From sequence record DRR723986_6321: DNA of 37,799 nt. The stretch is one strand, 5' to 3'. A program made the position numbers and the translations under genes. Shown piece by piece: positions 31,587-37,799 of this stretch. How positions within the stretch are numbered: position 1 is the stretch's first letter; each line of letters begins with the position of its first letter. The notes below the pieces were generated by a model that was not told the origin of the DNA, did not search any database, and saw only the letters and a list, made by a program, of their open reading frames with translations.

Positions 31587-31612
31587 ACTTGGCGCTTTCT
31601 CTGGGTTCTCAA
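31585..31612 (+). promoter_or_regulatory. sigmaE (RpoE/AlgU)-type promoter for dsbC
   Basis: GAACTT (31585-31590), 16 nt, TCTCAA (31607-31612), matching GAACTT-N16/17-TCtnA. Confidence 0.65.
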
Positions 31613-31658
31613 TGGTATATGATGACCGCCTTCACACCTTCCGTACGGAGATTTTTCG

Positions 31659-32438
31659 TTGACTATGTATAGCCCCCGAGTATTGATTTCGCGCGCTCTA
31701 TTCGCGTCAGTAATAGCTGCTTCAACTTTTTTTGGGGTGGCCTACGCCGAGCCTGCCAAGACCGCGACCTTTATTGATAAGGCGGCTGAGCAAGCGATTC
31801 GCAGTGCGTTTAAGAGTTCTCGCCCTGATTTGCAGGTCAGCGGCGTAGAAAGTAGCGAGATGCCCGGGGTGTATCGCGTTGAAATGACCAATGGGCCGAC
31901 GGTCTATGCGAGCGCCGACGGCAAATATATTGTTGCGGGTAAAATGTATGAGCTGACGGCGAATGGCATTGAGGATATCGCCGAGCGCCGCTTGCAGCCC
32001 CAGCGCAAGGCCTTGCTCTCCAAAGTGCCGCGGGAAGATATGATTATATTTAGCCCGGAAGGGGAAACAAAAGGCGCGCTGTATGTATTTACCGATGTGG
32101 ATTGTGGCTTCTGCCAAAAGCTGCATAAAGAGGTGCCTGCCTTGAATGCCAGTGGTATCGAGGTGCGCTATCTTGCCTACCCCCGCCAGGGTGTTGGCAC
32201 GCCAACATTCAACAAAATGGTATCCGCCTGGTGCGCCGATGACCGCGTCGCGGCGATGGATGCGCTCAAGGCCCGCCGCCCCATTGCGAATAAGCAGTGC
32301 CAAACGCCGATCATTGGCCAGTATGAATTGGGTCAGCAGCTTGGCGTGACTGGGACGCCGGCGATCGTCACCGAGGACGGCGCCCTGATTCCCGGCTACC
32401 GCCCGGCTGATCAGCTGATTCCCCAAGCGCTGCGCTGA
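31659..32438 (+). CDS. dsbC: Thiol:disulfide interchange protein DsbC
   Basis: Signal peptide, dimerisation domain, FTD-x-DCGFC active site, GVTGTP cis-Pro loop, PGY. TTG 31659 lies 8 nt from GGAG; ATG 31665 is an alternative start. Confidence 0.93.
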   Translation: MTMYSPRVLISRALFASVIAASTFFGVAYAEPAKTATFIDKAAEQAIRSAFKSSRPDLQVSGVESSEMPGVYRVEMTNGPTVYASADGKYIVAGKMYELTANGIEDIAERRLQPQRKALLSKVPREDMIIFSPEGETKGALYVFTDVDCGFCQKLHKEVPALNASGIEVRYLAYPRQGVGTPTFNKMVSAWCADDRVAAMDALKARRPIANKQCQTPIIGQYELGQQLGVTGTPAIVTEDGALIPGYRPADQLIPQALR

Positions 32439-32589
32439 GAAATCGTCAATAAGTAGGAATAGAGGGGCTCTGGTCGTATCTCTGGCGCTTCAGCATGGCG
32501 CTAGGCCCCCATCCTGACATAAAATGGGCAGTTCGTAGCGCCGCGCTTATGTGCGGCGCGCTAATAATTGAGTTTTAAAAGGAGTGGCG

Positions 32590-33897
32590 GTGAGTCCGGT
32601 CAGAGTAGGTATATGTGGTCTGGGTACCGTTGGCAGCGGTACTTACGCAGTATTAACGCGCAACGCAGCGGAGATTGCTGCCCGTGTCGGTGCCGATATT
32701 GTGGTAACTGAAATTGGTGCGCGTCGCGACAACCCCAATTGTGATACGGGTGATGTGGCCATTAACCGCGACATTTTTGCCGTTGCAGAAAACCCCAATG
32801 TCGATATTTTGGTTGAGTTGATTGGCGGGACCACTGTTGCCAAGGAATTGGTATTGAAAGCCATTGCCAATGGCAAACACGTGGTGACCGCCAACAAGGC
32901 CTTGATTGCCGAGCACGGGAACGAAATTTTTGAAGCGGCTGCCCAACAGGGCGTTACGGTTGCCTTTGAAGCCGCAGTTGCCGGCGGTATTCCCATTATC
33001 AAAGCACTGCGCGAAGGCTTGGCAGGGAATAAAGTGCAGTGGCTCGCGGGCATTATCAACGGCACTGGAAACTTTATTCTCACTGAAATGCGCGACAAAG
33101 GGCGCGACTTCAACGACGTACTGGCCGAGGCTCAGGCCCTGGGCTACGCCGAGGCAGACCCGACCTTCGACGTTGAGGGCATAGATGCCGCACACAAGTT
33201 GGTGATTTTGGCGTCTCTGGCCTTTGGTATCCCGCTGCAATTTGACAAGGTATATACCGAGGGAATTAGCCGGATCGCCCAGGAAGATGTGGTCTACGCC
33301 GAAGAGCTGGGTTATCGCATCAAGCATTTGGGTATTGCCCGCGATACCGAAAAAGGCATTGAACTGCGCGTTCATCCCACACTGATTCCAGAAAAGCGCC
33401 TGATCGCGAACGTAAACGGTGTAATGAACGCCGTACTGGTGCAATCGGATGCCGTTGGTCCAACCTTGTATTACGGTGCGGGTGCCGGTAGCGAACCCAC
33501 GGCATCAGCGGTTGTCGCCGATGTTGTGGATGTCGCGCGTACACTCAGCGCCGAACCACACCACCGGGTGCCTTTCCTGTCATTCCAGCGCACGTCATTG
33601 AGCGATCATCCTGTGCTGCCGATAGACGATGTGGAAACCGCCTACTACTTGCGCATGTCGGCCCTCGATAAGCCCGGCGTACTGTCCAAAGTGGCGCAGA
33701 TTCTCAGCGACGACGGCATTAGCATTGAAGCGCTGATTCAAAAGCAGCCAGCCGAGGACGCGAATTTAGTTCCGGTGATTATCCTTACCAACCGCACCGT
33801 AGAGAGCAAGTTGTTTGCCGCAGTCAGCCGTATTGAAGGACTGGAAGGTATTGTTGGTGAAGTAACGCGTATTCGCGTTGAGTCACTGGCAGGCTAA
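32590..33897 (+). CDS. hom: Homoserine dehydrogenase (with C-terminal ACT domain)
   Basis: GLGTVG, VVTANKA, EAAVAGGIP, GYAEADPTFDVEG and DKPGVL motifs. GTG 32590 fits the AGGAG spacing. Confidence 0.97.
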   Translation: MSPVRVGICGLGTVGSGTYAVLTRNAAEIAARVGADIVVTEIGARRDNPNCDTGDVAINRDIFAVAENPNVDILVELIGGTTVAKELVLKAIANGKHVVTANKALIAEHGNEIFEAAAQQGVTVAFEAAVAGGIPIIKALREGLAGNKVQWLAGIINGTGNFILTEMRDKGRDFNDVLAEAQALGYAEADPTFDVEGIDAAHKLVILASLAFGIPLQFDKVYTEGISRIAQEDVVYAEELGYRIKHLGIARDTEKGIELRVHPTLIPEKRLIANVNGVMNAVLVQSDAVGPTLYYGAGAGSEPTASAVVADVVDVARTLSAEPHHRVPFLSFQRTSLSDHPVLPIDDVETAYYLRMSALDKPGVLSKVAQILSDDGISIEALIQKQPAEDANLVPVIILTNRTVESKLFAAVSRIEGLEGIVGEVTRIRVESLAG

Positions 33898-33910
33898 GTA
33901 TCGCCGCTAC

Positions 33911-33930
33911 ACTGCGCCTTCGGGCGCAGT
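33911..33930 (+). other. Perfect intercistronic hairpin with cUUCGg tetraloop
   Basis: ACTGCGCC-TTCG-GGCGCAGT, with no U-tract on either strand. Confidence 0.6.
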
Positions 33931-33957
33931 CCCCACATTCCATGAAGAGTTAGTAAC

Positions 33958-35355
33958 GTGAAATACATCAGCACCCGTGGCCAGGCGCCCGCCCTCAATT
34001 TTGAAGACGTACTGCTTACCGGCTTGGCGCCGGATGGCGGTCTTTACGTGCCGGAGTCCCTGCCGACCTATAGCCGCGAGCAAATTGCGGCGTGGTCGTC
34101 GTTAAGCTACACCGAGCTGGCCTTTGAAATTGTTCAGCCCTTTGTTGCGGGCAGCATTCCCGATGCCGATCTCAAAGCGATTATCGACGATAGCTATTCG
34201 GACTTCAGGCACCCGGCCGTAGCGCCACTGGTGCAGCTGGGTCAAAACGAATGGGTGTTGGAACTGTTCCAGGGGCCGACCCTGGCTTTTAAAGACTTTG
34301 CATTGCAGATGTTGGGACGCCTGCTGGATTATGTGCTGGAGAAGCGCCAGCAAAAAGTCGTTGTAATGGGCGCCACGTCAGGTGATACCGGTTCGGCGGC
34401 GATTCAGGGTGTAAAACGCTGTGAAAACGTCGACATTTTCATTCTGCATCCCTACCAACGCGTGTCGGAGGTGCAGCGCCGCCAGATGACAACAGTGCAG
34501 GGCGACAATATTCACAACATCGCTCTGAAAGGGCACTTTGATCACTGCCAGGCCATGGTGAAAGCGAGTTTTGCGGATCAGAGCTTTTTGCCTGAGGGGC
34601 GCCAGCTGGTAGCGGTGAACTCCATTAACTGGGCGCGCATCATGGCGCAGATCGTCTACTACTTCTACGCCGCCTTTGCATTGGGCGCGCCAGATCGCAA
34701 AATCAGTTTCTCTGTGCCGACGGGTAATTTTGGCGACATCTATGCCGGCTACCTCGCCAAGCAGATGGGGCTGCCCATCGACCAATTGGTAGTGGCAACG
34801 AATCAAAACGACATTCTGCACCGGGTGATCAGCGGCAACCAGTTTGAAAAGCACGATTTGCAGCACACATTGTCACCGAGTATGGATATTGTCGTGTCCA
34901 GCAACTTCGAACGGATGCTGTTCGACTGCTTTGACCGCGACGGTGCGGCCATCGCCGACCTGATGCAACGAATGAATACCGAGACGGTATCTCTTCCCGC
35001 CGCCGCGTTTGAGCGCGTGCGCGAACTGTTCGCCAGTGCCAGTGCCAGCGATGAAGAAACCGTGGCCACCATCGCCAGCGTCTACGACGACAGCGAGTAC
35101 CTGCTCGACCCGCATTCGGCAATTGGTGTTAAAGCCGCGCGCGATTGCTGGCGCGACCGCAGCGTACCAATGGTGACGCTCGCTACTGCGCACCCAGCGA
35201 AATTCCCTGAAGCGGTAATGAAAGCCGGTTATCCCAGTGCGCCAGCGCTGCCGCATCATATGGCGGACCTTTTCGACCTTGATGAGCGTTACGAAGTGAT
35301 CGACAACGACATGTCGAGCGTTCACAGCTTTATGGCAAAGAATATCCGCGCCTAA
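33958..35355 (+). CDS. thrC: Threonine synthase
   Basis: YISTRG, GLAPDGGL, PT-x-AFKD (PLP lysine), ATSGDTG, NSINWAR, VPTGNFG and TAHPAKF motifs. Confidence 0.97.
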   Translation: MKYISTRGQAPALNFEDVLLTGLAPDGGLYVPESLPTYSREQIAAWSSLSYTELAFEIVQPFVAGSIPDADLKAIIDDSYSDFRHPAVAPLVQLGQNEWVLELFQGPTLAFKDFALQMLGRLLDYVLEKRQQKVVVMGATSGDTGSAAIQGVKRCENVDIFILHPYQRVSEVQRRQMTTVQGDNIHNIALKGHFDHCQAMVKASFADQSFLPEGRQLVAVNSINWARIMAQIVYYFYAAFALGAPDRKISFSVPTGNFGDIYAGYLAKQMGLPIDQLVVATNQNDILHRVISGNQFEKHDLQHTLSPSMDIVVSSNFERMLFDCFDRDGAAIADLMQRMNTETVSLPAAAFERVRELFASASASDEETVATIASVYDDSEYLLDPHSAIGVKAARDCWRDRSVPMVTLATAHPAKFPEAVMKAGYPSAPALPHHMADLFDLDERYEVIDNDMSSVHSFMAKNIRA

Positions 35356-35357
35356 AC

Positions 35358-37097
35358 GTGAGTCGCTTCCCGCGTATCGTTGAAAGAACCGTCGTCGCAG
35401 ATGCGACGGCGGCGCTGCCATCATTACCGCCCCTTTTGTCTCGGCTGTATGTCGTGCGCGGCGTCGTGTCGGACGAGCAGGCAAAGCTCGGTTTGGATGC
35501 CTTGCCTGCACCCACTATGAAGGGCATGGACGCGGCTGTCTCAGCACTGGTTGAGGCAATCAGAGAGGGTAAGCGCTTGTTAGTGGTTGGCGACTTCGAC
35601 TGCGACGGCGCCACCAGTACAACCTTGGCGTTGCTCGGCTTGCGAATGTTGGGCGCCGCCGACGTCGATTTTTTGGTCCCCAATCGCTTTGAATATGGCT
35701 ATGGCCTGAGCCCGGAGATTGTTGCTGTCGCGGCCGAGCGCCGCCCGGATATCATTATTACCGTCGACAACGGCATCTCCAGCATCGACGGTGTTGCCGC
35801 GGCGGCGCAGGCCGGTATTCCCGTTATCGTGACCGACCACCACCTTCCCGGTGACCAGTTGCCAGACGCACTGGCGATTGTGAACCCCAATCAACCCGGC
35901 TGTGACTTCCCAGATAAATCATTGGCTGGCGTCGGTGTGATGTTTTACGTGCTGCTGGCATTGCGGGCGGCGCTGCGAGAGCGCGGTATCTTTCGCGATG
36001 GCAAGGGGCCCAATCTTGCTGAGCTGCTCGACCTCGTGGCGCTGGGCACGGTCGCTGATGTGGTGCCTTTGAGTCAGGCAAACCGGGTGTTAGTGGAGCA
36101 GGGCTTGCGGCGAATTCGCGCCGGGCGCTGCCGTCCGGGAATTAGTGCTTTGCTCCGAGTTGCCGGGCGGGAGCCTGCGCGCTTGGTCGCCAGTGACCTC
36201 GGTTTTACCGTTGGGCCGCGTTTGAATGCGGCGGGCCGGCTGGATGATATGACGGTGGGCATTCGCTGCCTGCTGGCCGACGATGCGACGCAAGCCCTGA
36301 ACTTGGCGGCCGAGCTGGATGATCTCAATCGAGAGCGTCGCAGCATAGAACAGAGCATGAAAGACGACGCCATGCGCGCATTGGCGCATTTGCAGCTAGA
36401 CGCTAGTAAGGTTCCGGCGGGATTGTGTTTGTATGATCCAACGTGGCACCAGGGCGTTGTGGGGATATTGGCCTCGCGGATCAAAGAGCAGTTTCACCGT
36501 CCGGTAATCGCCTTTGCCGAGGCTGATAACGGTGAAATCAAAGGCTCGGCCCGTTCTATTCCCGGTCTGCATATGCGCGATACTTTGGACAGAGTCGCAA
36601 AACGTCACCCGCAGATGTTAAGTAAGTTTGGTGGCCACGCCATGGCGGCGGGGTTGAGCCTGGCGGAAAAAGACCTTGACGCCTTTCGAGATGCCTTTGT
36701 TGACGCCGTTCGTGAGCAGCTTAGTGACGATCAGCTCGAGGCGGTGGTTCACAGTGACGGCGAGCTGGGCCCGACAGAACTTAAACTCGAAAATGCAGAG
36801 CTGCTGCGTAGTGCCGGGCCGTGGGGTCAGGGCTTTCCCGAGCCATTGTTTCACGGTGTATTTACCCTGGTTCAGCAGCGCCTTGTCGGCGAGCGGCATT
36901 TAAAAATGACGCTCGCACCTCGCCATGACAAGCAGGCGATCATTGACGCCATTGCGTTTAATGTCGACCTCAACCTGTGGCCAGACCCAGCGGTGACGGA
37001 GGTGGAAGTGGTGTACAAGCTAGATAGCAATCTCTGGCGTGATCGCCTGTCACTGCAATTACTGGTTGAGCATCTGCGCCCCTGCGCTGGCGCATAA
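35358..37097 (+). CDS. recJ: Single-stranded-DNA-specific exonuclease RecJ
   Basis: GDFDCDG, TVDNG, TDHH, GTVADVV, PRLNAAGR and GGHAMAAG (DHH/DHHA1) motifs. Confidence 0.97.
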   Translation: MSRFPRIVERTVVADATAALPSLPPLLSRLYVVRGVVSDEQAKLGLDALPAPTMKGMDAAVSALVEAIREGKRLLVVGDFDCDGATSTTLALLGLRMLGAADVDFLVPNRFEYGYGLSPEIVAVAAERRPDIIITVDNGISSIDGVAAAAQAGIPVIVTDHHLPGDQLPDALAIVNPNQPGCDFPDKSLAGVGVMFYVLLALRAALRERGIFRDGKGPNLAELLDLVALGTVADVVPLSQANRVLVEQGLRRIRAGRCRPGISALLRVAGREPARLVASDLGFTVGPRLNAAGRLDDMTVGIRCLLADDATQALNLAAELDDLNRERRSIEQSMKDDAMRALAHLQLDASKVPAGLCLYDPTWHQGVVGILASRIKEQFHRPVIAFAEADNGEIKGSARSIPGLHMRDTLDRVAKRHPQMLSKFGGHAMAAGLSLAEKDLDAFRDAFVDAVREQLSDDQLEAVVHSDGELGPTELKLENAELLRSAGPWGQGFPEPLFHGVFTLVQQRLVGERHLKMTLAPRHDKQAIIDAIAFNVDLNLWPDPAVTEVEVVYKLDSNLWRDRLSLQLLVEHLRPCAGA

Positions 37098-37169
37098 TGC
37101 CGGCCAGCTTTCCGCCGCGCGACGCATCGGGTAAAATGCCCGCCTTTTCACGTGGTCCGGATACTATCC

Positions 37170-37799
37170 ATGCTAGAAATTAATCCCCTGCGCAATGCCC
37201 TTAAGGATATGACTGAGCGTACCGATACGCTTAGGGGGTATCTTTGACTACGCTAACAAGAAAGAGCGCCTAACTGAGGTCGAGCTGGAGCTCGGTGATT
37301 CCGCGGTGTGGGACGACCCTGCTCGCGCCCAGGAGCTTGGCCGCGAGCGCGCCAACCTGGAAGGTGTGGTGGGCGCCATCGATGAGTTAGATGCCGGTAT
37401 TGGCGACGCTTCTGAACTGCTCGATATGGCGGCAGAGGAAAACGATGAAGACACCATTGAGGCCGTGCAGGGCGACATAGAACGCCTCGAAGGGGTGCTA
37501 GCCAAATTGGAATTCCGCCGTATGTTCTCCGGTGAAATGGACCCCAACAACTGTTATTTGGATATTCAGTCGGGTTCCGGCGGCACCGAAGCCCAGGACT
37601 GGGCCAATATGGTGCTGCGCATGTATTTGCGCTGGTGCGAAGACAAAGGCTTCAAGGCAGAACTGGTTGAAGTCTCTGACGGCGAAGTGGCGGGGATCAA
37701 AAGTGCAACCATCCATATTCAGGGCGAATATGCCTTCGGTTGGCTGCGCACCGAGACCGGCGTTCACCGCCTGGTTCGCAAGTCGCCCTTTGATTCGGG
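37170..37799 (+). CDS. prfB: Peptide chain release factor 2, with programmed +1 frameshift; truncated at window end
   Basis: The 25-codon [28 protein letters not shown] ends in CTT TGA C. The +1 frame continues DYANKKERL...GGTEAQDWA...[13 protein letters not shown] (RF2 SPF motif). Confidence 0.97.
37233..37248 (+). promoter_or_regulatory. prfB +1 ribosomal frameshift site
   Basis: Internal SD AGGGGG (37233-37238), TAT, then CTT TGA C (37242-37248): the canonical RF2 autoregulatory cassette. Confidence 0.97.

Noticed and set aside
32439-32589. Thr attenuator or riboswitch upstream of hom
   Set aside because: There is a GC hairpin (~32536-32563) but no Thr/Ile-rich leader peptide (only M-G-S-S-stop, overlapping a likely -10), no U-tract terminator and no recognisable aptamer.

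Overview
Mostly core chromosome of a marine-type gammaproteobacterium. Gene order and protein style suggest Cellvibrionales/Pseudomonadales (for example Spongiibacter-like); this is an inference. Left to right: a truncated tRNA-Asn, uvrB, tRNA-Val(GAC), katG with an OxyR-type site, mobA, tsaB, uppP, a beta-hydroxyacid dehydrogenase, an M18 aminopeptidase, an enoyl-CoA hydratase, a DUF3524/GT4 glycosyltransferase and trpS. An ~8.5 kb accessory-looking block follows: a LysR regulator divergent from a secreted cyclase-family hydrolase/nitroreductase/EamA operon, a small secreted protein with a TonB-box-like motif, a TonB-dependent receptor, a PaaI thioesterase and a lower-GC lipoprotein. Then come tRNA-Leu(CAA), queA-tgt-yqfO-like-gamma-CA-DUF1289, CNNM and ypjD-like genes, and the conserved ffh-rpsP-rimM-trmD-rplS-xerD-dsbC-hom-thrC-recJ-prfB run. 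prfB has its programmed +1 frameshift and is absent from the ORF track. No CRISPR array, IS element, prophage or att repeat was seen. The best novelty candidate is a full-length bacterial homolog of the animal queuosine-tRNA mannosyltransferase QTMAN/GTDC1, next to trpS and ~10 kb from queA-tgt, which raises the possibility of bacterial queuosine glycosylation. All family assignments come from recalled motifs, not database searches.
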